Assembly: GCA_026936335.1 (NCBI GenBank) | Contig: JAPMXV010000004.1 | Coordinates: 1 to 64,000, forward strand | Reading direction: 5' to 3' | Length of the DNA: 64,000 nt | DNA from: Mantamonas sphyraenae STR306 | Taxonomy: Eukaryota; Protista; CRuMs | Part shown: positions 32,680 to 44,478 of the stretch, in pieces | Position numbering within the stretch: position 1 is the first letter of the stretch | How the letters are laid out: each line of letters begins with the position of its first letter | Position numbers and translations under genes: made by a program | The notes under the pieces: generated by a model | What the model was told of the DNA's origin: nothing | What the model saw: the letters and a program-made list of their open reading frames with translations, nothing else | The model's database searches: none

Positions 32680-34892
32680 GATTGCATCTTCTTCTTCTTC
32701 CACGCATGGGCAAGCGCAAGCAACTTGTTGTGCGACTGCGACGCACTCTCGTCTGGAAACACATACTCTGCGTACTCCTCCCATCCTGCGTCGCTGCCAT
32801 CGTCTGCTTTGAGCAACCGTCGCTTCTTCACCTTGCGCGGCAGTCGCTCACGGATCTTCTTCTCGCTCTCCTCATCGCCACACTGCTTCTCAAACGCATG
32901 CCAGTTCTCCAGCAGCGTCGCACGCTGTTCCTTCTTGTCGTTGCCCTTGAGATACTCGTCGGCGCGTTCAAACACGGCCCGTGTCTTGTCCACCATGCTT
33001 GCGCCCACCTCCTCCACACTGCTCTCAAACTGTGCGTAGCTCAGCCACACCTTGACGTGCTTTGTGCGCTGCAGCAGACGCTCGTACAGGTCGCGCACCA
33101 CGTCGTTGTCTCCGTTCTCCACCTCAAAGTCAATGTATGCCTTCCACAGCACCTCCGGCATGTCCAGCAGCGGCTGGTCGATGGCCAGCTCGTACACCTC
33201 CCGCGCACGCTGGTTCTCTCCCAGCGACCGCTCCAGCTCTGCGTACTTTGTCCACGCCTTGCAATTCGACGGATCAAACATCAGGTATTGGTCATACAGC
33301 TTGCGGCATCGGTCGATGTTGCCCAGTTGCAGCTCCATCTCAATGTACCCGCGAAACACCTTGTCCTTAGGCTGCACGCCGATGGCATGGCCCAACACCT
33401 TGCGTGCCGCCTCCAGGTCCAGCTGCCGCACCTCAAAGTGGGCAAAGTTGAGCCACAGCTTGCCAAAGGTGAACTTCTTGTGCGGCACCGCCTTGACGGC
33501 CATTTTGTACACCGCCCGTGTGCGTTCCACATCCTCGCACACAAGCTCCTCATACAGCGCATAGTTCAGCCACAGGTAGATGTACCGCCTCCAGTAGCGC
33601 TTCTCCTCCACAGGCGGCAGGTTGGCAATGGCCTGCTCGTACACGTTTCGCACCCGCTCCCGGTCGCCGTTGGTCTCCTCCAAACGGATGTAGTCGAACC
33701 ACACGTCGTAATTCAGCGGATCCTCCTTCACCTGTTCCTCGTACTGGAAGCGGCGCTTGTTGAGAATCACCTCCTCAATGCCCTCCTTGTCGCCGTGCTG
33801 CTTCTCAAACGCCATAAAGTTGGCGTACAGCTCACGCGCCTTGTTCTTGGCAATGTTGTCCAGGGCAAACGTGTAGATGGCCCTCGCCCGTTCGTACTCT
33901 TTGCACCGCGTCTCAAACTCGGCAAACTCCACAAACAGCTGCTCCTTGGGCTCGTCCGCAAACAGATCGACGGCCCGCTCAAACACCCCGCGCGCACGTT
34001 CGATCTGCCCCTGCTTCTCCTCAAACCGGGCGTACTTGACAAACGCCTTTACGTTTGCGTGGCAACGCACGTAGCGTTCAAACACCTGCCGTGCCCTGTC
34101 AAACTCCCGGTAGCGCACTTCCAGCTTGATGTACGCCAGCCACGACGGCTCGGTCGGCTCCCACTCCATCCATCGCTCAAACACCTGCCTTGCCGCTGCC
34201 ACGTTGCCCAGCATCTCCTCCATAAACGCGTACTTGTACCACAGTCGATCCACACGCGGCAGATACGCCACAGCGCGGTCAAACACATTGCGCGCGTGGT
34301 TGACGAACCCGTGCCGCATCTCCATGTCCACGTAGTAGATCCTGTCAACGTCGCATCATCAGTCCCGTCGTGTGTCCAACGGTGTTACCACCCAGTCCCG
34401 TGTCAGAGTGTGACCATGTGTGTGTGTGTGCGTTGACGTTGGAGAACGAACCACCCAACGCGCGCGCGCATGTTCCGTCCCACCTGCCCTGTCACCGAGG
34501 CGATGTGCATGCACATGGTTCACTTACCAATACGTGTGGTTGGTGTAGTCGACCTCAATGGCCCGTTCCCACACCGAGCGACATCGCTTAAACTCCCCCT
34601 GGGACTCTTCCCAGCGTGCGTACTTGAGCCAGGCGTACTTGTTGCGCTTGTCCTTGCGCAGGCTGTTCTCAAACTCCACTCGTTTGTGCGTTTGGTACTC
34701 CTTCAACTCCTCCTCATCCATCACCTTGCTCTTTGGTGCTCGGTACTCTGCACTCTGCTTCTCCTGCGACTCGCGGATGATCTGCTCTGCTGTGATTTGC
34801 TTCTTGGCCGGCGCCTTGTTCTTCACCGCCCCGCTGCGCGACTTGGGCTGCAGCCACGACGGCGTCTCATCCTTCTTCCGGCTCGACGACAT
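32586..34892 (-). CDS. CRNKL1: Crooked neck / Clf1 / Syf3 splicing factor (HAT repeats), one intron
   Basis: VKNKAPAKKQITAEQI, EKRYWRRYIYLW, PHKKFTFGKLW, LDMPEVLWKAYIDFE. Confidence 0.97.
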
Positions 34893-35025
34893 CGGGAGTG
34901 ACGCGTGGGACTGGGGAAGGGGAAAGGAGGAGAGGGGAAAAGGGGATTGTGCTGGTGTGCCGGGCGCCGCGCACCTCCACCCACCACAATCCCCCCCTCC
35001 GTCACGAACTGTGCCCTGAGCAGCC

Positions 35026-36132
35026 ATGAGCACCGATTTGTACAGAGAAGCGGTCACTCGCTACCAAGCGCTCAAGCTGAAGCGGCGCCAGGAGGCCATG
35101 ATTGAGGAGCAGGCGCTGGCCATGGTGCAGGGCGATGTGCAAGTGGAGAGCGAAGAAGCCGAGGAGCAATCGTCGGCGTCGACAGAGGAGACGACGACGA
35201 CGTCCTCCTCCTCTTCTTCCTCCACCTCAGAGATGGATACAGCAGCAGCCGCCGCCGAGAGTGGGAATGGACGTACGGATGGGAGACAGGTGGACACGAG
35301 CGCGCTGAAAGCAGAGGACGAAGCCGAAGCCAAGGAAATCGCAGGCATGCTGACGCAGGCGGCAGAGGAGGGCAACCTCAAGGCACTCACTCTGCTGGCG
35401 TATCTGTACGACACGGGCGACGAAGGAGTGGTCGAGTGTGACACTGTGCGTTCGTTGGATTTGTACAAAGCGGCAGCGGCCATGGACGATGTCGTGTCGC
35501 AAATCAACGTGGCAGAAAAGTACATGTGTGGCGTCGGCGTGGATGTGGACCTGGCTGCGGCACGACAGTACTGGCAGCTGGCCCTAAGCACAGTCAACGC
35601 ACACATGAGCCTCGGTGGCGTCACCACAGACCTGGTCTTTCAGTCGGACATCATCCACACCTTTACGGCCTTTATGACGCTGCGTGGCTACGGCAACACA
35701 CAGGAGAAGGAGGCACAAGGTGAGTCGAGTGGCAACAGCAGCGGCGAGAGCACCAGCGTCGCTGGTGGTGGTGGTGGTGGTGCCGTGAGTCAGGAGCAGC
35801 GTGACACAGCCATGCTGTACCTGTGGGAGCCCGCCAGCAATGGCTTTCCGCTGGCACTGCTGTGTCAGGGACTGCTTGTGGAGGACGGGCTGATGGACGG
35901 AGACAACGCAGAGAGTTACTACGTGCAGGCCAGTGCACCCGAAGGCATCTACCAACACTTCCTCTTCAACGACTTTGTGGCGTGGCAGATCCGACGCGCC
36001 GAAGAGGAGCAGGATGTCGACGCCATGAAGCTGCTTGCTGTCTGTTTCCGTTACGGTGTTTTGGATGTGAACCCCGACGAGGAGAGGGCGAATGAGATGG
36101 CAGCACAGGCTGCGAGCCTGCAGACCCAATAG
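35026..36132 (+). CDS. Sel1-like repeat protein
   Basis: AAEEGNLKALTLLAYLYDTG, YMCGVGVDVDLAAARQYW, AMKLLAVCFRYG. Confidence 0.8.
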   Translation: MSTDLYREAVTRYQALKLKRRQEAMIEEQALAMVQGDVQVESEEAEEQSSASTEETTTTSSSSSSSTSEMDTAAAAAESGNGRTDGRQVDTSALKAEDEAEAKEIAGMLTQAAEEGNLKALTLLAYLYDTGDEGVVECDTVRSLDLYKAAAAMDDVVSQINVAEKYMCGVGVDVDLAAARQYWQLALSTVNAHMSLGGVTTDLVFQSDIIHTFTAFMTLRGYGNTQEKEAQGESSGNSSGESTSVAGGGGGGAVSQEQRDTAMLYLWEPASNGFPLALLCQGLLVEDGLMDGDNAESYYVQASAPEGIYQHFLFNDFVAWQIRRAEEEQDVDAMKLLAVCFRYGVLDVNPDEERANEMAAQAASLQTQ

Positions 36133-36153
36133 AAACTGAATTGCTCGCTTTCA

Positions 36154-37878
36154 ATGCACGCTCGTCGAACGCAGTCGTCCAGCAACCACGTTGTACAATC
36201 ACAAGGGAAGGACGCAGCGGGTCTGTTTGACCAGGCATACAAGGACGCACTGGAAGGGGCGCAGCTGGAAGAGGAGGCGTTGCAGAGTGACCCCGTGCAC
36301 ATTCTTAAGCTTCAGGTGGCCCATCAGTTGTACAGGCACGCGCTCAATGATATGCGTGTGGTGGCTGGGTTGGGGGACGACAAAGGGGATGGGAGGCTGG
36401 AAGGGGTGACGGAGGAACAGCACGAACGAGCGGGCAAGCTGGTGGGCCAGCTGCAGGAACGGGTGCAGGACGTGGCTGCCCAGCTGCAGGCATTTGGTGT
36501 CGATGTGAATGAAGACGAGGGCTCACAAGGCAACCAAGGCCAAGGGGAGGAGGATGATGATGACAACACGGCGTCGTCCTCGTGGACAAGCAGCTGGTTT
36601 GGAGGCGCTGGGAACAAGGGAGACGACGACACATCGGGCAACAGCGGCAAGGGACGAGAGCAATCCCAAGGCCCACGGCTGTCCAACAAGGAGTACATTG
36701 TGCATCCGAGCATCAAGATCAAACGCAAGGGCGAGCAGGCAGACGACGGCCGTGCGAAAATGGAAACCACAAACTCGAGCACACGTGTGCGCGTCAGTCA
36801 AAGCAGCCCCAAAAGCACAGGAAGCAGCAGTGGCAACAGCAGTGGCAGTGGCAGTGGCAATGGCAGCAGCAGCAGCAGCAGCAGCAGCAGTGGCACGGGT
36901 GGAAGCAAAGAAACCTCAAAGGTGGCACAGGAGGCACAGGAGGCAGACGACGCAGAAGAACGGATGCGTGCCATCATGAAGAACATCGACCCAAAGATGG
37001 CAACTATGATTGCCGACGAGGTGCTGGAGGGCAGCCCTGGAGTGGCGTGGGAGGACATTGTCGGGTTGGACGATGTCAAGCGGCTCCTGAACGAGATGGT
37101 GGTGTATCCACTGCAACGACCGGACATCTTTACGGGCATCATTGCACCTCCACGTGGCCTGCTGCTGTTTGGACCTCCGGGCACAGGCAAGACGCTGCTG
37201 GCCAAGGCGATTGCCTCGCAGACCAACGCCCGCTTCATGTCCCTGTCTGCGTCTTCGCTCACCTCCAAGTTCTTTGGTGAGGGCGAAAAGATGGTGCGTG
37301 CTGCCTTTGCGGTGGCCAAGGCCATCCAGCCCACCGTCATGTTCTTTGACGAGGTCGATGCCTTGCTGAGTGCGCGTGGCAGTGGCAACGAACACGAGGC
37401 CAGCCGCAGGCTGAAAACCGAGTTTTTGGTGCATTTGGACGGCGTGTCGAGCAATGCCGACGACGACCAGGTGACAGTGATTGGGGCTACGAATCTGCCG
37501 GCTGAGCTTGACGAGGCTGCACGCAGGCGCTTCACCAAACGTGTGTATGTGCCTCTGCCCGACGCAGACACGCGTGCCAAGATCATTCTGTTGCATCTCA
37601 ACGACCAGGCGGTGGGACTGGACGAGAGCGAGCTGCAGGGCATTGCCGAACTCACCGAAGGCTACTCGCCAGCCGATCTCAAAGGCGTGTGCAAAGAGGC
37701 TGCCATGCAGCCCGTGCGTGAGCTCCAAGGCGACATTGTCAAGATTGGCAGTCGTGACGACCTGCGTCCCGTGGGCTACGACGATTTCGTGGTTGCTGTG
37801 GCCAACGTGCGCCCCAGTGTCTCTCAAGAGTCTCTGGCCGCCTACGAGGAGTTTGCATCTCAGTATGGTTCCAAGTGA
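36154..37878 (+). CDS. Spastin/fidgetin-like microtubule-severing AAA ATPase
   Basis: GLLLFGPPGTGKT, FFDEVDALL, EASRRLKTEFLV, GATN.P.ELDEAARRRF, Vps4_C-like RPSVS; MIT-like N-terminus. Confidence 0.92.
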   Translation: MHARRTQSSSNHVVQSQGKDAAGLFDQAYKDALEGAQLEEEALQSDPVHILKLQVAHQLYRHALNDMRVVAGLGDDKGDGRLEGVTEEQHERAGKLVGQLQERVQDVAAQLQAFGVDVNEDEGSQGNQGQGEEDDDDNTASSSWTSSWFGGAGNKGDDDTSGNSGKGREQSQGPRLSNKEYIVHPSIKIKRKGEQADDGRAKMETTNSSTRVRVSQSSPKSTGSSSGNSSGSGSGNGSSSSSSSSSGTGGSKETSKVAQEAQEADDAEERMRAIMKNIDPKMATMIADEVLEGSPGVAWEDIVGLDDVKRLLNEMVVYPLQRPDIFTGIIAPPRGLLLFGPPGTGKTLLAKAIASQTNARFMSLSASSLTSKFFGEGEKMVRAAFAVAKAIQPTVMFFDEVDALLSARGSGNEHEASRRLKTEFLVHLDGVSSNADDDQVTVIGATNLPAELDEAARRRFTKRVYVPLPDADTRAKIILLHLNDQAVGLDESELQGIAELTEGYSPADLKGVCKEAAMQPVRELQGDIVKIGSRDDLRPVGYDDFVVAVANVRPSVSQESLAAYEEFASQYGSK

Positions 37879-37910
37879 GCAAGCATACACATTAATTCGA
37901 TGCTTCGGGA

Positions 37911-40617
37911 TCACACACTTTGGGTGTCTTCGGCGTGCGGCAACGTGTACAGGTGGCGCATGGTGGGACGGCCGTGCGGACAGGCCCACGGATGTTCCAG
38001 TGTGCTCATGTTGCTGATGATCTGCTTCATGCGCTTCGGTTGCAGCGCGGTGCCAATCATGACGGCCTTGCGACAGGCCCGTGAGGCAATCATCGCGTTG
38101 ACCCGCGATGGACGCACCATCACGCCCGGACGCTCCTTCAGCAATGCAATCATCTCAAACACGTCGCTGGCGCCAAACTGTGTGTTTTTGCTGAACGGCC
38201 GCTTCGTCAGCATGAGGCTGCCGTCGTCGCCCTTGGTAAAGTCGAATCCGTTGGCCCGAAAGATGTCCATGTTGTCCTTTACAATGAGCTCATCCACCTT
38301 GGTCAGTCCCAGCGACTTGCCCGAGATCAGCGGCTGTGTGTTGATTGTCGTCGACGCCTGCAGCTGCTCGTAGTTGTACTTTTCGTCGGTTGCGTGTTGG
38401 TCCACAATGAACAGGTCGCGTTGCCGCTTGGCCACAATGAAGCCCAGGTTGAACTGGCCCACAATGTCCATGTGCTCAAAGTCCGACTTTTCAAATCGAA
38501 AGTTGCCACCCTCTTCACCTTCATCCTGCGACGACGGCGACGACGACGACGACGACGTGCCTTCCAGCGCCATTGTCTGCTCATACATCGTGTGTTCCCG
38601 CACACGTGCTCGCTTGCTGTCCTGCTGTGCGTCCTGAGGTTCGTCATCGCCCAGATCCTTGCGTTTCAGCATAGCCATAGCGAGGCTGCTGCGCGCATCG
38701 TCAAATGATGCGCTGTGTCTGCTCACAATCATTTCCTTGGCTTCCTGCTCCTCTTGTGCCCATATTTGCTGTGCAATGCGCCACACGTCCAAATCCGAAT
38801 GTGCTGCTGGCTGTTCAGCCTGTGCTTGCTCTTCCTCCGCCTGTACATCTGCCTCTGAGACCACTTCCGCGTGCTCAGCCCCCTGCGCAACAAGTCGCTC
38901 CCTCTCGCTCCCATGCGTCATGCTTTGTTGCTGGATGCTTCTTAGCGTCAACTCTTCCAATTCGTCAGGTACACTGAGATTGCGCCTGAGCTTGCGCGTT
39001 TTCCGCTCATTCACGGGCTGCTTGCCAAATGCAAACGAGTTGAGTGACAGATCTGAGCCTGAACTTGCGCTTGTCGATGTTGCAGATGTGCTCCTGCGTG
39101 CGCGTGGAGGACGTCGCTTGGACGGCGACGCCACACTGCTGCTGTCGGATTGGGTCGATCGTGATCTCGTCGCACGCAGCGGCACAACAGCCATAGCATC
39201 CCCAGGGTGATCGACAAAGTCGTCATCGTCTTTGTCTTCATCATCTGTACCACTGTCTCCGTGTTCGTTGTCCTCCTCCTCCTCCTCCTCGGTGACAACT
39301 GTGGAGACGCTGTCGGGACGTCTCCCATCGCTGCGATTGCTATTCCTACTGCTGGTGGTGCTCCCTCTGCTGCGTGTGGCCATGAATGATCCCACTTCCA
39401 CCAACATCCCATCCTCCAAGGGGTTTTCCTGTGCATGCCTCTGCACAAACTCGCTCAGCAATGGCTGGTGCTGAAACACATTCTGCATAGGCGTGTACAG
39501 CACAGTCAGCTGTTCACGCACCGCCTCCAACAGCTGCTCTTCGTGGTGCACAAACACCTCGCGCTTGTCTGGCGTCACGTTGACGTCGCAGGCGCTGGGG
39601 TCCATGTGCACATCCAACACCAGCACAGGCCACTGGTTCTTTACAAACTGCCTGTACAACGCATTGATCTCCCGTCCCAGACGCGGTAAATCCACAGGAC
39701 GTCCGTTGAGATAGAAAAACTGGCGGTCAGACGCACTGCGACCTGCGTTCTGCACCGCTTTCGACACGACCCCCACCACGCGAATCGTTTCGGCCGCACC
39801 CACAGTCGACGACGACGACGACGACGACGCAGATGCGGGTCCCACCTCCACGGTGCATTCAAAGTCGGCCAGCGACTGGAGTAATTTGGCGCCAAACACG
39901 TTGGCGACGTTCTGGCGCAGTGTCTGGTTGGCTGGTTTTGTGATCACCTGCGAGGTGCTCCTGTGCGTGGGCGTCAGCAAGCGGACAGAGGCGGCAGGAT
40001 ACATCGGATGGACTCTCTTACCCATTGGGAGTGGTGTTGCTGCACGATATGCGTGTGTGTGTAGAGATGAGGGCATACGCCTGGACGGAACGCAGCAGTT
40101 TCCCGTATTCCCGTTTGAGGTTCTTGATCAGATCCTTGTGGCGGACAGGAAGGCGGGCAAACAGGTTCTCCAGAGCCATGGTGGTGCCTGGTTCACGCAC
40201 GCAGGGGCTCTTTTCCACAAGGGAGCCTGTGGCGTCGAAGCGCAGCTGAAAGGCGACGTCGTCGGTGGCCACACGGGTCAGGCAGGTGAGCGAAGCGACG
40301 GCGGCAAGGCTGCTCAAGGCCTCTCCGCGGAAGCCAAAGGTGCGCAGGGAGCCCAGGTCGTCAAAGGAGCTGAGTTTGCTGGTGGCATGTGGATGGGCAA
40401 TATCTGCGTGGTCCTCGCTGGCAATGCCACTTCCGTTGTCGCTGACCTGGAGCAATTCGGCGCCGTAGTTCTTGAGCTTGATTTCCACCGAGGTGGCGCC
40501 TGCGTCGAGGGCATTCTCAATCAGCTCCTTGGCTGCGCCACTGAGGTTGACAATGACCTGGTCGGCACAGATGCGATGCACAGCCGCAGAGTCGATGGAC
40601 TCCACCCGCCGGGCCAT
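37911..40617 (-). CDS. PMS2: Mismatch repair endonuclease PMS2 (yeast Pms1), one intron near 40020
   Basis: KELIENALDAGA, TFGFRGEALSSL, DQHATDEKYNYE, ACRKAVMIG, CPHGRPT. Confidence 0.97.
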
Positions 40618-40624
40618 CCACGCA

Positions 40625-40971
40625 ATGTTGTTGTCCAAGAAGCGCAAACGGGGCAAGCAGCATGCTGGCAATGTGTTTGGCACGCAGACACAGGACCCGA
40701 GCAAGCGTGCGGAGCGTGTAGTGGCCCCTGTGTCGTTGTCGGCGCTGGGGACACACGCACAGGATGCAGAGGGGGCGGAAGAGGAAGAGGCCACCAAACG
40801 CCAGCGAGTGGAGGAAGATGCAGACGACGACGCCCTGGACGCATACATGAACAGTGTCAACAGCCACGCCATGGAGCAGCTGAAGGATTCGTTGGAGAGT
40901 GCAGAGAAGGAGCGTGTGGCCGGAGGGAATCTGAGTGTGGAGGATGGGGAGGAAGAAGAGGAGGAGTGGCG

Positions 40972-41006
<35 letters not shown>

Positions 41007-42790
41007 ACGACGGTGAACAACAAGGCGACGAGGATGACGTAGACGGTAATGGCCAAGGCCCATGGCAGGTGGAGGAGTTGGATGCAGTGGATCACAGCAA
41101 GATGGCGTACGAGGCGTACGAACGGGACGGGTATGTGGAGCACAGTGAGGTGCGGGAGTGGACGGAAGAGGAGGTGGTGGAGTGGCGACAAGCAAACGAG
41201 GTGCAGGTGCATGCGACGGGAGTGAAACACGCACAGCTGCCTCGCCCATGCCGTACGTTTGAGCAGATGAATCTGGAACACAGGCTGAGTGTGGAGATTG
41301 CCAAGGAGGGGCTGAGGACACCCACGGTGATTCAGAGTGCGGCGGTGCCGGTGATTCGAAGTGGACACGACGTCATTGGCACGGCCAAGACAGGCTCTGG
41401 TAAGACGTTGGCGTATGTGTGGCCCATGTTGGCCCATATCATGGCACAGCGAGAGGTGGGGCGTGGCGAGGGTCCGATTGCTCTTCTGGTCGCCCCGACC
41501 CGGGAACTGGCACAGCAGATTCACAGCGAGTGCAAGCGGTTTGCACGCGTGTACAACCTGCGCTGTTGCAACGCATACGGAGGCATCTCGGGAAAGCAGC
41601 AGTACGTGGAACTGAAGGCTGGCACAGAGGTGGTGGTGGGTACGCCGGGACGAATCATCTCCCTCATGCGCAAGCATCTGCTCAAGACATCGCGCATCAC
41701 CTTTCTGGTGCTCGATGAGGCGGACAAAATGTTTGAGATGCGCTTTGAGGCGCAGGTGCGTTCCATTGTGGGCCAATTGCGTCCGGATCGGCAGACGGTG
41801 CTGCTCAGTGCCACGTTCCGAGGCAAGCTGCAACAGTTGGCCCGCGAGGTGTTGCGTGATCCCGTGCGTATTGTGGTGGGCGGACAAGGAGAGGTGAACA
41901 TGGATGTGAAGCAGAGTGTGTACTTGATGGCGGACGATGCGGAAAAGTGGGATTGGCTGCGAGGCCGACTGGACCGCTTTGTGGAAGCCGGCAGTGTGGT
42001 GGTGTTTGTGGCACAGCGAGCACGTGTGGACACGCTGGTGGCTCGCATCGAAAGTCAAACAACAGTGGCATGTGTGGGTGTGCACGGGGAGAAAGAGCAG
42101 AGCGAGCGCACCCGGCTGATCAAGGCCTTTCGGCGTGGCGAGGTGCCTGTGCTTGTGGCCACCGACGTGGCAGCACGCGGCCTCGACGTACAGAGTGTCA
42201 AGACGGTTGTGTGCTACGACGAGGCTCGGGACCAGGACACACATGTGCACCGTGTGGGACGCACAGGACGAGGCGGGAGCCAGGATGGGCAAGCGCATGT
42301 GCTGGTTACCATGCGTCAGAACGCGTATGCTGGTCATCTGGTTCATGTCATGACAAAGAGTGGCCAACAGGTGCCTCGTGCCCTGTTGGAGCTCGCACGT
42401 AGCCACAAGCGCTTCCAGGAGCCGAAGAGTGCATCGGGTGGCGGACATGGGGGCGATGGAGGTGCACGCAGTAGCAAGGATGGGTGGTCGGAAGACAGCA
42501 AGACGCAGTTTGTGGGTGGTGGCACCCTCAGCACAGTGGACGATGCTTGGCGTGACGCACAGGCTTGGTGGCAGGGAGAGCAGAAGCAGAAAGAACAAGG
42601 ACAGGTGCAGCAGGTGGTACAACAACAGCAGCAACAGCAGCAAGTGGACGAGGCAAGGAGAAAGGCGATGGAAATCGCACGAAAGATGGCTGCATTTCCC
42701 AGCGGCTCATTGACACAATCTCAGCAGGATCAGCAGGATCAGTCGTTGTCATCATCCAGCAGCAACTCATCGAGGCCAAACAACTTCTGA
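40625..42790 (+). CDS. DDX42: DEAD-box helicase DDX42 (SF3b125)
   Basis: AKTGSGKT, PTRELA, DEADKMF..QVRSI..RPDRQT..SAT, HRVGRTGR; DALDAYM and VDHSK N-terminal motifs. Confidence 0.88.
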
Positions 42791-44343
42791 CAGGCGTAGC
42801 AGGCAGGGGGAAGGGCATCGTCATCGTCGCCGTCGTTGTCATTGCCGCCCTGCGCAGTTGCATCGCCCTCCCCGTCGCCAATATCCTGGTTATTCACAAT
42901 GACGTTGAGGGCACCATCGACCACGGTGGCACTGCTGACAAAGAGGGCATCGCGTTGGGGCAGATGGTCGCTGGCGGTGATAGGGGCGCTGCAAAAGGTG
43001 CAGCGTGGCACGGAGGAGACGTCGCCATTGTGTTTCACCAGGGCTTCGTCAGCCAAATGCATCTTTTCGCCCGTGCGCATGACAGTAAACGCCGTGGAAG
43101 AGTTCTCCGCCTGCAGCTCATTCATGAGATCGAGGATGAGGCCGTTGATGCTCGCGCCACGTCCTGCCACCTGTTGCACCCAATGCGGAGGCAATTGTGG
43201 CTGCAATGACCACCAGCGGCATGCGTATGCCATGGCCTTGCGTGGAAGTTTGTGAAACGGACGCAACACAGGCACGCCGTCGCCCCACCGGTTGTCGACG
43301 GCAGCGACCTCCACCCCCAGGGTGCTCGCACGGCCCTTGCTCACGTCGGACAACACCGTGGCTGCCGTTTGGTCCAGACACGTGCCTACAATCACAGCCG
43401 AGCACTCATGCTTGTGTGCATATGCACGCAATAGCCTCATGCGAGCCACACGCACCCAATCTTCCCTCGCCGTCTGGTTTTCCAGGCTCGCCAACTTGTC
43501 TGCCACACTCTGTGTGCTTTCACTCCCTTCCAACGCCTCCTCCAGTGCCATGACATGCAGTTGCGTCTGCACTCCAGTCGCCTCCACGCTTGTGTGCACC
43601 TGTTCCAGCCACGTGGCCCGTGCGTCGTCACTCAGCCCCGTTCCCGCCCCGCTTTCGTCCACATGCACCACGTGCATCTCCAGTTGCATCGGGTTGTACT
43701 CTGTGTCGATTGTGGCTTGGTGCAGCATGTGTACCAGTGTGCTGCAGGAGACGTGTGAGGGATCCGCGGCGTGTGTTTGCAAGAAGCGGACTTCCACCGC
43801 CCTGCATCTGTACTCACCTCGATGACTGGCCCCCGCTCATGCCCACCACCACACGGTGCTCCCTTCCGTTGCGCAGGCCATTGCTCATCAGATTGCTACG
43901 CAGCTGCTTCATCATGTCGCTTGTGCAGCATGCCCTGTGGGGGCAAGGGCGCCGAAAAGAGCAGGGGCGGCGTGTGAGTGGATCGCCGAAATCGCTCGCT
44001 TTCACAACACACACACAGACACGGAGACTTACTGGCACGAGGCACAGTTCCGCAGGACAATGACGGGCGTTGCGTTCTTGCACTTGTAACACAGTTTGCG
44101 AGCGCGAACGAGACCACGTATGCGCTCACGCTCTGCGCGTTCCTCGTCCGTCTCGTTGGCACTGTTGGTGGTGTCTGTACGCACGCCCCGCCTCTTCTTC
44201 TGCTTTGCCCTCCGGTTCTGCTTCTTCTTAACCCCAGCCTCTCTTTGCTCCTCCACCTCCTCCACCTCCTCCTGCTGTTCTGCCTGCTCCAGCTGCAGAT
44301 GCAACTGCGACTTGAAAGCCTCGTCGCCCTCACATCCACTCAT
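42739..44343 (-). CDS. CTU2: Cytoplasmic tRNA 2-thiolation protein 2, two introns
   Basis: CYKCK, VVGMSGGQSS|STL, LSDVSKGRA, STAFTVMRTGEK, CTFCSAP, CYAC. Confidence 0.88.
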
Positions 44344-44478
44344 TTGGGGGGTGGGAGGGTTGTCTGCAAATGCCACGCATGGATCCACGTGTCAGGCTCG
44401 TGCCAGGGCCAGGAAAAACTCAACGTCGAAGAAGCCTCGCAGGTGGCGCCAACCCATCATTCACTCACTCTTTTGAGA

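Noticed and set aside
28589-34436. Long antisense ORFs (989 aa, 584 aa) and similar shadow ORFs elsewhere
   Set aside because: Mirror frames of WASHC4 and CRNKL1 caused by codon bias; no recognisable domains.
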